A stretch of 64,000 nucleotides of DNA from Lingula anatina (taxonomy: Eukaryota; Animalia; Brachiopoda), in NCBI GenBank assembly GCA_051362555.1, contig CM120641.1:16306001-16370000 (forward strand). Reading direction: 5' to 3'. Below the pieces are notes generated by a model, which ran no database searches, was not told the origin of the DNA, and saw only the letters and a program-made list of their open reading frames with translations. The first letter of the stretch is position 1. Each line of letters opens with the position of its first letter. Positions 39,301 to 51,295 of this stretch are shown here, piece after piece. Both the position numbers and the translations under genes were made by a program.

Positions 39301-42300
39301 TTTATTTTTTAACCTCTTACCAAGTATTTCTTTCCTACAGCCGCTCTGACAGTGGCATAGGTACAGCCATTATCGACACAAGACTCTTCCAGCCACGGGT
39401 GCCTTTTGTGCATTTTCTGCAAAACGCGCCAGGCACGGAGCACTACGTATCTTTCTTTGCCTATCACAAACGAAAAATTTCACTTGAAAAACAGGTACTA
39501 AGGCCCACCAATTGAATATAAAATGTAACTGTCTATTGGGAATTAAAAACAAGGCAGCAAAGCTGTCAAATGTACAGACAACAAACAGGAAATAACTATG
39601 CACAAAATAGGCTACTGTCAATTCTGATGCAAAAGTACATTATGTTAAACTGCAAATTCAGCATCAAATTTTAATTATGCTCAACAGGTAATACCAATGT
39701 AAGTAAAATGTGTAACAAGTTCACACTTTGAAAATGTATAACTTCCAGAAAAAGAAGCCAATTAGACTGCTTTTCCAACTCAGGCTGCATTTTAGTCCTG
39801 TATTTCTTTTTTGAAAGTTTGGCAATCATAAGCAACATGGTTTTCCCATAATGGTCATCATGGCAGCAGCACCCAAAATTGTGTTTTCTTCTATTCTGAT
39901 GCCATATTACATAATTATTAACAGCATAATGACCGTTAATTTTTAATAATACAATATACGTATCATGGATTTTCAGAAAATGTGACTAGCATGGGTCTTC
40001 AAGCCCGTGGAACGTCAAAGTCACACCTTGAAAATATGTGAAAAAAAAAAAAAAAAAACGTTTAACTGGCAGTAAGAATTACCAAACAGACTGCATTGCC
40101 TACTGAAGCTGTATTTTAGTCCCATGTTTCTTTCCTGTAAGTTTGAGAACAGTAAGTGACTTTTTTTTTTTAATGTTCATCAAGGGAGCAGTGCCCAAAA
40201 TAGTTTTTTTTTCAAATTTTGATGCAATATTACATAATGTTTAACAGCATAATGACCATCAATTTTAATAATAAAATATTAGTATTATGGATATTCAGAA
40301 AATGTGACTAGCAAAGGTCTTCAGGCCCATGGAACTTCAAAGTCACAACTTGAAAATGCCAAAATGGAAACAAGACAGCAATGTTCGGAAATTTTTTTCC
40401 CAGTTTTAACAATTTCTAACATAAAACAAAATTAACAGTTTACTACCGTTTTTATATGATCAACTAAGAAAATTGATGAGATGGGAAAAATATTAATAGA
40501 GCAGCGTTAAATGTCCAATTTCTTCCATTCTGAGATTCTGAACATAGTGAATGATTGAATCTGACTAACTGCAATGATATGAGTTTATTTCCATTTTTGA
40601 AACTTTATTACACAATACACGATAACAAGTTTACCATCATTTTTACATAATCAAGTAATGATGTTGTAAAGATGCAGGAAATGCCAAACAAACACTTTTA
40701 CGTATCTTATTAACTAAAAATTGAAAGAGTTAACATGCCTAAGAATTTAATCTGAGGAAATGTGAAAAAATAGCATAACTTCCTCAATAATGGCCTGATC
40801 ATGCTGATTTTCGAACTTGACCTGCATTTTATGAATATTCATCAGCTCTGTAAATATACAGCCAAAAAGTAAAACTGCCTTCCACTAATCGTGTTTACAA
40901 TGAAAGTGCACGGCGCCGGCGCCAGCGACAGTGATGGCGACGACAGATGCAGGTGATGGCAATATGTACAGACACATCTGTACTTATTTACTGTACTGTT
41001 TGAGAACAGTAAGTGACATGGTTTGTCTTAAATGGTCATCATGGGAGCAGAGCCCAAAATAGATTTTTTCAGATTTTGATGCGATATTACATAATGTTTA
41101 ACAGCATAATGACCATCAATTTTTAATAATAAAATATTAGAATCATGGATATTCAGAAAATGTAACTAGCAAAGGTCTTCAGGCCCATGGAACTTCAAAG
41201 TCACAACTTGAAAATGCCAAAATGTAAACAAAGACAGCACTGTTCTGAAATGGTTTTTTTTTTTCATTTTTAACAATTTTTTTAACATAAAACAAAATAA
41301 ACAGTTTACTGCCATTTTTATACGATCAACTAAGAAAATTGATCAGATGGGAAAAATATCAATACAACAGTGTTAAATGTCCAATTTCCTCCATTTTGAG
41401 ATTCTGAACATAGTGAATGATTGAATCTGACAAACTGCAATGATATGAGTTTATTTCCATTTTTGACACTTTATTACACAATACACGATGACAAGTTAAC
41501 CATCATTTTTACATAATCAACTAACAATGTTGTAAAGATGCAGGAAATGTCAAACAAACACTTTTACGTATCTTATTACTTAAATAATAAGGCTATTAAC
41601 ATGCCTAAGAATTAAATCTGAGAAAATGTGAAAAAACAGCATAACTTCTAAAATAATGCCCCGATTATGCTGATTTTCGAACTTGACCTGCGTTTTATGA
41701 ATATTCATCAGCTCTGTAAATATAAAGCCAAAAAGTAAAACTGCCTTCCACTTCCACTATCTGTTTTTCTTATATTGTGTTTACAGTGTTGCATATATGC
41801 TGAACAATGAAAAAACCGCATAACTACTAAAATAGTGGCCCGATCATGCTTATTTTCGAACTTGACCTGCGTTTTAGTAAGATTGATTACTCCTGTGAGT
41901 TTCATGACAACAGGCCTAACGGTTTTCCTTAAAATGTGTTTACAAGGTTGCATATATGCTGAAAAGTGAAAAAACAGCATAACTTCTACAATAATGGCCC
42001 GATCATGCTGATTTTCGAACTTGACCTGCCTTTTATGAATATTCATCAGCTCTGTAAATATAAAGCCAAAAAGTAAAACTGCCTTCCACTTATCGTGTTT
42101 ACAAGGAAAGTGCACGGCGACGGCATCGGCATCGGCATCGGCGACGACAGACGCAGGTGATGGCAATATGTACAGACACATCTGTGTCTGTACATAATGA
42201 AGATATTTGGTAATTAGAAATTAAAAAAGGAATGCATCAAGGACCAAATTGGTCAGCGAATAAATTTTTTAAAAAGTTTACCAGGGTGTAGACTATTGAG

Positions 42301-43611
42301 AATTTATGTTCTTTGCAAGCATACGTGATCAACCAACCTTTGTTAAGCCTGCAGTTGCCAATGCATCTTTTTTTCTCGAATGATCGACCGTGACAAAATA
42401 ACCCCCCGTTCTGCGGTGAAGGATCGGCACAGGAGCGGTTCCTGCTCCTTTTTCCGGGACCACAATTGTTGCTGCATCTGTTCCAGCGGGACCACACTGC
42501 CCAACCGCCGTCAACTATGAATACAATAAATATAAAGCTGTACATTTGTTCTGTATAAATACTTGGTCTGATTCTTTTGATAATTTTTTGTAGATATCAA
42601 TAACAACTAGAATTTTTTTACCGTAACGCACCGAAAAACTGTTCTATCACGATTTATCCTAAACAATTTACAGCAAGACCTATCTTGCTTTAGGAAGTAA
42701 CTGATATCAATTTACATCGAAATTCAACACCAACCTGGACAAGACTTTGGGGACTTTTTAAAGGTACACTGGTATATATTCCAAAAACGAAGCTAAAAAA
42801 GCAAAAGGAAACAAGAAACAGATTAATGAACATATTGTATAGTGCACCTTTTCTGACATAACAGCAGCAAGAATGATAGTACCTACGACATTATGTACAA
42901 AAATGTGAATTGCGATGTGTTTGGGTTTAACTTTCATTCTGTACCCCTGTGGGACTTGGAAGTAAAACCTAAATTATTTAGAAATATTTAGTCACATATT
43001 TAATATGTGATTAAATATTTTTTAAAAGCGATCGATTATATCTCATTTGGTTTCTACCTATGGTTAGTAGAGGTTGTAGAACATCTACAAAACGAATTTT
43101 TAATTTATCTTGGCTTTACATCAAACATTCCAGTACCGTACCTTAACAATGTCTTCGACATTGTCTCTCTTCCAATGTAAAGTGGCGTTTTTACCGATAA
43201 GTATATCTGGTTTGCACATTTTCTTTTTATCAAGGCACAGTTTTCTAAACTTCACTCTGTCTGCCGGCTTCAAACTTAATAGAGCAGAGGCCATATGACC
43301 CAGCTTTTTTCGAGAATTCTTCGACTTTTGCTTGGTAGAAGCTACGACAGAATGATACACTGTCTATTATTGACGATTTACAAATATGCCTACTTTAGTC
43401 TTGTTATAAAAATAGAATTTCAAAGATGTATATAAGTAATCAAAAACTTACATAGTTAAAAATAAGTTTAGTACAAAAACATTTTACTGTATAACTGTAA
43501 ACAGCTAGCATCTTTACAGAAAGACGACTTACGTAGTTTGGCTCCTGAGGAAAGACACACGAAAATGGTCCCCCATATCAAGAGGAAAAGAAAGCGATGT
43601 TTTAGGTCCAT
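26265..43611 (-). CDS. Type-I membrane protein: signal peptide, Cys module, TSP1, Gla-like module, 7 more TSP1 (acidic linker inside), 2 LamG, Ig, TM, Ser/Lys-rich tail
   Basis: Phase-consistent exons: 43611-43533 (MDLKHRFLFLLIWGTIFVCLSSG), 43359-43142, 42768-42735, 42514-42338, 39460-39321, 36081-35853, 35639-35460, 35187-34945, 34580-34360, 33756-33522, 33196-33026, 32737-32567, 32208-32038, 31787-31525, 31318-31147, 30961-30839, 30565-30321, 30080-29780, 29001-28841, 28685-28538, 28222-28108 (TM), 27914-27837, 27708-27648, 27401-27146, 26979-26929, 26746-26527, 26307-26265 (TAG). Eight WxxWxxCSxxCG..RxRxC repeats; LamG FKGEGFL/FNGSSYL and YIGG...GFVG; Ig LRC..W..DANTGIYAC. Confidence 0.85.
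29034..29582. mobile_element. MITE with ~120-bp TIRs and 5-bp TSD (ttcat)
   Basis: caggcctacc...ggcacctaaggatcctgaattaaccggtatatcgg...cagatcgcatttcggagtatca (29034-29145) is inverted at 29470-29582. Flanks read ttcat|caggcc and ggcctg|ttcat. Confidence 0.9.
29620..29730. mobile_element. Truncated MITE remnant with aacgtt subterminal repeats ending tttgctggg
   Basis: Repeated aacgtta/acgtt motifs and a terminus that reads cccagcaaa on the other strand. Confidence 0.35.
35741..35813. repeat. (CT)n(CA)n compound microsatellite
   Basis: Read directly from the sequence. Confidence 0.95.
36357..37044 (+). mobile_element. Harbinger internal-deletion derivative nested in the HINE
   Basis: TIRs gggccggtttcacaaagcagtagttagttag / ctaactaactactgctttgtgaaaccggccc with TSD cag. 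Internal remnant MAATFLANRTARRQRRLRRFHERQNLLAYTHDDAIYERLRL resembles a Harbinger transposase N-terminus. Confidence 0.85.
37047..38180 (+). repeat. Tandem array of 8 units of 142-146 bp inside the HINE
   Basis: taggtca(a/g)aggtca recurs at ~37061, 37205, 37347, 37489, 37631, 37776, 37922 and 38068. Confidence 0.95.
39546..42197 (+). mobile_element. Second HINE-type element with head-to-tail internal duplication
   Basis: 5' aacaaggcagcaaagctgtcaaatgtacagac; 3' hairpin atgtacagacaca-tc-tgtgtctgtacat preceded by (cggcat)n. Block 40140-40985 repeats at 41000-42190. Internal ~175-bp units contain gatcatgctgattttcgaacttgacctgc. Confidence 0.75.
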
Positions 43612-43749
43612 TGTACCATAGCTACTGCTTTAAAAATCTGTAGAAATTAAGCAAATAGGACAAAATTAAATTAAAATAAAATTAAAACTACAAAACAAAC
43701 TTTCGTTTAGTCTTTTCAGATACGCCTAGAAGCAGAATTTTGAATCTGT

Positions 43750-43880
43750 TGGTTACGTCGTCCATATTGAATACATAAAAATGGCGGTTCAAAAAAAAAA
43801 GCTACGTCACATCAAGCACTAACGACGCTACGTCAGCTGCTATCACGCACTTTGACGTCAACGTCGTCATCTTCTCCCGC
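43750..43880 (-). promoter_or_regulatory. Probable promoter of the TSP1/LamG gene (CRE cluster, YY1-like motif)
   Basis: CpG-rich patch with TGACGTCA (~43853), tacgtcac, tacgtcag and aaaatggcgg, upstream of the 5'UTR acceptor near 43637. Confidence 0.45.
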
Positions 43881-44634
43881 GACTTCTGCAAGTATTTTGT
43901 TGTATCTGTAAGCTACTGATGCTGAATCACCTGTTAAAAAATCGACAAAACCGTCGATTTTTGTAGGGTTATTCAGGCTACACATTTAATACATGAATTT
44001 ATTTTGTCAAAATAGTATCTGGTACCGTATTTGTTCTGAAAGAAGCGCCATCTGAAAATATCCTATCAGAGAATATATAGGCCTAGAGACCGTATATAGA
44101 GTCTATGTCGATGACGCGGGCATTAGTGAGTCATTAGCGATTTCTTTTAAACAGACCGGCGACATAGTACGATAGCATCCACGACATATTGAACCTGGGG
44201 AATTCCAGTCCGATTCCTTGTACAAGCTGCTTTTATTATACTGATTCTGTTTAGAATTCAGTACGTTTTGCTTGGGTATCCAGTAAAGAAAGAATGCATT
44301 ATATAATCGCCTTAAACAAACCAGTATAAATATAAATAGGCTACTAATGTTCATCTTGTACAAAATCCTTTATGTACCTTTGACATTAAAATTCATGATC
44401 TTCGTCTATTCTCAAAGGTGAATTAAAAAGATGCTTTCCAACACCATGGGTTCCAGAATTGACTGGAAAACCGCCTCTACAGTACGGATCGAGTCTCTAC
44501 AATTCATCAAAGCATGCAGGAAAGAGCGTGGTAGGTACATAGAGGAAGCCACCATATCAAAGCTCTGAAATTTGGGGTGCTTTGAACTGGAGACAGCCAC
44601 GCAGAATGCCATTCCAAAAGTCAAAAACGTTTCA

Positions 44635-47090
44635 TTATGAATGTTTGTCATTAGTCTGTGTCAGTATCATTTCTGCAATGCCCATGACAGCCTGCCGCGT
44701 TCCTGAGGTTTGAAAAGAGTTCATAAAATTTTCTCCTTCTTCCAGTGACTTGGTTAACTGTGGATCCAGTGGTATACTGCCTGAAAGTGAAAAAAATGTG
44801 ATATGTCAATCAAATGAAAAGGTCTTTTTTTTTCCGGGCAATTTTGACTATGCTCATGAAATCTGCCCAAAACCAGTTGTGGCCCATAAAAATTCACCAT
44901 AGGTAATATAACTTTTGTGAAAAACAGTTTTGCCTGTGTTTAATTAAAAAATTCACAATCAAAAGAAAAAGAAAAGAACCTTCTAGTAACCTACCTAAAT
45001 ATGGAACATTGCACTGTTGAGCCAACTGCTCCCCTCCACCCTTAGAAAATAAGTTGGAGCAAGCCTGGAAAAAAGAAAACAATAAAAATCAAAGCCTTCA
45101 AAATGTCATAATCCATGATTTGAATAAATGTTATGTGAACTAATAAATAATCTGTGTTCACAGATGAACACATTTTTCCTCAATCAACCGAAAGGAATTT
45201 AACAAGTGTCATTCTATGGAGTAAATGATATACATGCATGTACATACTGTGCAATGAGGGCAGACAAATCCACTCATGTTTTCTACAACTCCTAATATCC
45301 TGATCCCTGTCTTTCTACAGAATGTAATTTCTCTCCTCACATCAGCAACTGCTACTGCCTGGAAAATGGGATGAAAATATCCTGAATGAAAATAACTTAG
45401 ATTAAAGCAAGAAGGTTATCACAAGCAGAGTTTTAGAAAAAAATGAAACTATTCATATTGCAATTTGAGACAAACATGTTCAATATATAATTAAATATAT
45501 ATTATGTGACATATTCTAAGTACAAATGCCAGGCAATCACACATTAACATTTGACAACAGTGGTGATTATGTACAGCAACAAATGTTCAGTCAAAAAAAT
45601 GCGTGTAAACACACACACACACACCTGTGGTGTAGTGACTAACACAGCTCCATCAGGTTTATATTTCTTCAGGTTCTCTACAGTACTGATATGTTCATCT
45701 GATGTCCCTGGTGGAGTGTCTATCAGGAGGTAGTCTAACTCCTGCCAGTACACATCTGACAGAAACTGCTTGATCATTGCTAGGGGGAAATAAAATACCT
45801 ATAGTTAAACATAATGAGAAGTGTAGAAAATTCCCCACACCTACTAGTAGTGATATTTATTGCTAGTTTCTTTCACAAATGACTTGAAGATAATCTATTA
45901 TCTATTGGTACAAGATATTTCTTTCATGAAATCTAACATTCATGTAAAGTCAGGGATTGAAAGTGATGATGTTCTTCAAAAAGAGGCAAGTGTAGTCAAA
46001 TCATCATAAATTTAGTTTAGCAGGCAACTTTGTGCCAGAATTTCACATTTATTTGTACCCTACTTGTGGCAAATACCAGTTTGTTGTGTTCTCATTTATT
46101 GAATTTGAATTGTCATCATAATTCTTATCTTATGTGACAAGCTGACTTCTGAATAGGTCTTCAGTTACAAAGTCACTAAGGAAACCAATCTGTTTATACA
46201 TGCGTTTACACACAACCCTTCGAGACAGAAGGTGAGAATAAATAATAAAAAGAACACCCTCTCTTCTTGATATCCTGGCATGTAATTACTCACCATTTTT
46301 CTTAGGACCTCTCCACACCACAGCATCATCTCTACTGGATAACAGAAACCCTATGGACATCACAGCCAACTGCTGAGCCTGGTCTGCATACACAGGGACC
46401 CATCTAGATATAAAACCACATATTACTTCTTGATATCAGTGTTTCTTTGTTTATATATCTATTTAATTTTATTTATTAATTATCTTTATTGTGAATGTGC
46501 GATCTTTTCTTACTATTCTCAACAATATATAAAAAGACATAAAATAGTTAATTATCATATTTAGATCCCACATCACTTACAGCACTTATATCATGACCAT
46601 TTCCCCACTGTATTCTTTCACTGTGATATACCCAAAACAACGTACCTATCAAAAACATATATTATATATATTATCTTACCCTTGGGAGCACTGATGTACA
46701 TCTTTGCTTTCAACATTTAACATCTTTGGAATGCTGGGTCCACAAAGATCTACATCTAATATCCCCACCTAAAAATATTATTGAATTTTTTATATTTTCT
46801 ATAATACTTATATTATTCATGGAGATAAATAAAGATTTGTTTGTTGGATAATGCCACTGGCAGATCCAGAGTTTAAATACATTGGTATAGGAGAAGAAAT
46901 ATTGGCCATCCCTCACATTACTTTCATTTAATCAGTCAGCGTGATCCACAGCTATATGTAACAGAATTAAATATGATACAACACACACAAAAAAATTAAG
47001 ATAATACACAGCATTAAAAGCAGAAAGGAGGAGGAAGGGAAAAGGGCAAATGCACCCTGCATCAACCACCTGCCTTGTTGTTATTGGGTA

Positions 47091-47142
<52 letters not shown>

Positions 47143-47612
47143 ATCAAATGTGTAGTCATATCATTGTTTCAGTACCTTTTTCCCTGCACTATTGAGGGCT
47201 AGTGCTAGTTGTGTTGTAACTGTACTTTTTCCTACCCCTCCTTTCCCGGACAGTATAAGAATAACATGTTTAACTCCACCTAGGTTATCACTCTCTTCGG
47301 TGTCTGAAATAAAAGAAAGAAATCAACTGCTTACGATGGCAAAAAATATAATGCCACATCGTATGTTGATCATTATATTGTTGTACTTGAAAATAATACC
47401 CCCCCCCCCCCCAACCAAACCACCACCACCAGGAATGACTGGCATAATTCATTTACATCCAATTTTCTCCACATATCCTTTAACATAAGCAAGACACACA
47501 AACTAAAGCCAGACAGCTAGGTGAATTATCATAGCACATTATCCCAGATCTGACCGATGAATAAAAAACTTCTATCAGCTTGATAAATGAACACATGTAA
47601 CTTACCGTCCAT
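44635..47612 (-). CDS. NUBP2: Cytosolic Fe-S cluster assembly factor NUBP2 (Cfd1)
   Basis: Exons 47612-47606 (ATG GAC G), 47303-47176, ~46767-46680, 46404-~46294, 45779-45625, 45358-45248, 45064-44995, 44780-44635 (TAA). Motifs [49 protein letters not shown]. No N-terminal Cys cluster, which is diagnostic for NUBP2. Confidence 0.96.
47096..47138. repeat. (AT)n microsatellite
   Basis: Read directly from the sequence. Confidence 0.95.
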
Positions 47613-47704
47613 TCTTGACATATATCTTCGATCACGTGACTTCCGCAATATCGGCAAACACAACAACAGTGACAAGTTCCAGTGCGGTAAAACGTTTGCT
47701 CAGC
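47613..47704. promoter_or_regulatory. 92-bp bidirectional promoter NUBP2/MXRA7-like
   Basis: Divergent ATGs at 47612 and 47705. Overlapping E-box TCACGTGAC and ETS ACTTCCG at 47632-47645. Confidence 0.7.
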
Positions 47705-48248
47705 ATGCTTTTGGACAATATCTGGCTGCCTATCATCCCGTCTTTGTTGACGATTATTGCAGTTGTTTTAGGGGCCATATATTTGTACAAAAAAAGCGGC
47801 AGTGCATCGAGTAACCAACAGAAAACGGCAAAACCTGAAGACAAACCAAGATGTGAAGAACCAATCACTGCCAGTGAAGCCACTGACACTGCTACTGCTG
47901 GTGGAAAGTACAAAGAACAAGGTGAGAAAACGGCTGATATGCATCTCTTTGGCTTACTGTTGACTAAATAAATGAATAACGAAACAAAAGAAGATAGAAA
48001 GTATCACTAATTTTAGTGTATCGAAAACATTTTAGGCGAGTTTATTTATTTTTATTTATTTATTAATACATGTAGCAGTTAATAGTATTTATGATAAGAT
48101 ATTCCACAAATATTGAGGAACCGTAAAAAGTAAGTCGTTTTTTCGACTTTGTAAGCGTGAAGAAGAAGCATATCTTTCCATCGTCATTAATCATGTGCTT
48201 TTTTTTAAATAAAGATACACCAGATAATAGCTAGCTATATATATATAT

Positions 48249-48282
<34 letters not shown>

Positions 48283-50097
48283 TATATCAAGTATGAAACC
48301 CAAAATGTCATAAAAAATATGAAAATAAACAAATATAAACAAAAAGGAAGACAGATGACATGTTTCAAATCTCTGAATTCAGATAGAAAAAAGTCATAAT
48401 GGGTATGCATTCCATATTTTAAAAAATGTGATCATTCCCTTTCTAATAGCCTATTCTAGTGTCCAAAGACTATAATCCTTTTCACAAAATGAAACAGGAG
48501 AATATGGCCCTTTTAAGAAATCTTTTATCAAAAAAGGCACAGGTTATAGCAACATTGTATTTATGTTATACTATATTTGAAATTATACTCAGTATTTTGT
48601 CATTTAGTTGGCTTTAAAGACATTAATTAGACATGTCTACTTCCTTAATATGTACGTTTTGTGGATAATTGGGTTTAGATGTATTGATAGCTATATATGT
48701 ATAGCAAAGGATGTGCAAAAGGGTTGATAATAAGCTTGACAGCATGATCAGTTTCATGTCATTATTTCTCATAAATTCATTGTAAACTATGATAAGTTAT
48801 CTAGAGAATACTGGTGGTGAAACAATAGAATAGACTTCATTCATAGAAAATGCTGGATGTTTGTAAATCTCATACTAGTAACTTATAGGTACAACTTCCT
48901 GAAGACAAAGAAATAGTGTCTGATTAGTGGAAATATACTGCATGCACAGATTAGCCTTGTTGGAAAAGGAGGATACACTATTGGCTATGCCAGAGAATAT
49001 TGATATTGATTTTCATCCTAGTTGTGATCATTATTAATGATATTCCTGGAAAGGGTATATAAATATTTAACCATATTCTCATTTTTGTATTATACTTCAG
49101 TTGCTTTGATGTATTATAAAAAAGGAGTACTAATATTGCTATGTGTTGTCTAGGTTAAAGAAAAAAGGCAATTTCCAATGTTATTTGTCTATAGGTTATT
49201 GGATGGTCGATGCTATGCTTTGTATTTTACAACATCCATCAGGCTGACACCCCTTTAATTGGAGAATAAATCTCTCATGTGAAATATATATGTAAGGAAT
49301 CTGAAAAAATTATCATTTATACCGAAAAGATTCAATAAAAACACCAATGATGTCCATGGAATATTGATGACTTATTGGCATGTTTTCAAAGTCCAACTTG
49401 AAAGTCTGCCTGCTATTTCAGGTGAAAAGACTGTGTGCTATTGCAGATAAGTTTTTTTTTAGCCCAATAAAAACATTTTAACTGCACCTTGAATTTATTA
49501 ACGGCATGAAAATTGATATTTCAGTAAAAATAAAAATATTAGTTTAGATTAGCCTCAAATGATTGATTTCTAAAGTTTGTAGCCATTTCAATGACAAAAA
49601 AAAACTAACCTTCTTCAAATGTTTCAGATACAGGTCATCTTACAGCTGAGGATGAGGAAGAAAATGAAGGTAGTAACATAGAGGAGGCAGATGAGGACTC
49701 CAGTGGTGGTAAAGCAGCTCCTTACATGTGCCCCTTTATGGCCATAATGGCTGAACAGAAAGCCAAAGAGAAAAACGAAGGAAAAGCCACAACAGCTGAT
49801 ACACCTCACCAAGAAAGCCCCCACCCAAAGGGATTGTCAGATGTTCCTTGGGCCAGACAGGATGTTTATGATCCCCTGGAATACCATGCTCACACTCAGG
49901 CAGAATTTAAAAAAGTACGTTCACGCGTTGCCAGTCGGCTGATTGCTAAGGAACTCAGTGAGGAACAACTTGAAGAGGAGAAAGAAGTCCAGGAAGTGCA
50001 GATGTCGCAGATTTTTAAACTTCTGCGAGAACATGAGGAGAAATTTGGTGTGCATTCTCTTGATGAGATGCAGCAACAAATGAAACTTTACATGTAA
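47705..50097 (+). CDS. MXRA7: Matrix-remodeling-associated protein 7-like
   Basis: Exon 1 47705-47921 has an N-terminal anchor IIPSLLTIIAVVLGAIYLY; exon 2 49628-50097 joins in phase 1. C-terminus LSEEQLEEEKEVQEVQMSQIFKLLREHEEKFGVHSLDEMQQQMKLY matches recalled MXRA7 (EELEEEQRVQKEQLAAIFKLM..FG...QEQLRLY). Confidence 0.85.
48230..48281. repeat. (TA)n(TAGA)n microsatellite
   Basis: Read directly from the sequence. Confidence 0.9.
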
Positions 50098-51295
50098 ATG
50101 GTGTCATTTTTAAACAAGTTTTATTTGGTCATCAAGTTGCAATCTCAGAATCAGTTCAGTTTATTCCTGTTCAATACTCTTTATTTGCACTATTTAAGTA
50201 ATTATAGTAATTACATATTTAAGTAATTATACAATAATTAAAAAATATTCCTTGTGTACTTTTATTACAGTATGACAATCTTTAATTCGTCCTTGTAGTT
50301 TTTCCCTGCTGTTTAGTCTGTGGTGATAATTTTTTCTTTTAATTAAGTGAAGGGATATGTTTACAGTATCTCATTTGAAATGCTATCAGTTTGTTGTATT
50401 TACACTGTTAAATTTTATGTGTTGTGTGCACAGACCGTGTATATTTTGCCAGTATCCAGAGTTTCAGAATTGGGTGGTCCATTTGATAAACCTTTTGTTA
50501 AAAGGGCTCTTAACTCTTTTTCATCCTGTATACAGCTTGCTTATGTAGTCAAAGTCGACTGCCAAGGTTCATTTGATTATTTCATTCCACATTTTAGGTA
50601 GTTCATTCCAGATATTCTAGACTTACCTGGAGCAATAATGTATTTGCTATGGATGAAATTTTCTTAAATTGTAAATAATGTGACACTCAATATTCTTATT
50701 TTGGAAGTTTCAAGTGGAACTGTTTATTATTGAAAACATACAATTATCTGTCTGTTCAACAGCTATAACAATATTTTCTTGAGCTTTTTGATCACAGTTT
50801 ATAGGTCCCTTATTACTGAATGAACATATCTAACTGGCCAGACAGTTCAAACCTGTGCCGGACGCAATTGCCTTTATAAATGGAAGTGAATGGAACACAA
50901 TGGATATTTGAAACTTGGGGTGTTGTGGATATATAATTCAGATATATTTTGTCGTGTAATCTTACGTTGCTAGTAAACATGTTTTAAATGTAAGTGTTGA
51001 AGGTGCTAATTTAGTTGTATCATGTATCTCAATGCTTGATTTTCATCTCCTCAATGTTGAAGGTCCTAAATGGTTTAGCATTAAACTATATTGACAAAGA
51101 ACACTTGACAATGCTTTGTCCAAATGCAATTTTAAAGCAAGTCCCAACCTTTCCATGAAAAAGAGATCAGCAGTTTCTCTGTATTGAATACACTTTGACT
51201 ATACATGATATCAACCACAGCTGTATTCCATTTTTTTTTTTTACTTTTGGCCCTGTGCTCTGAATCTTTTCTTCCACTCATACAATTGACTTGGT

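Noticed and set aside
41708-42181. 157-aa ORF with internal repeats
   Set aside because: Translation of HINE tandem units with no domain signal.
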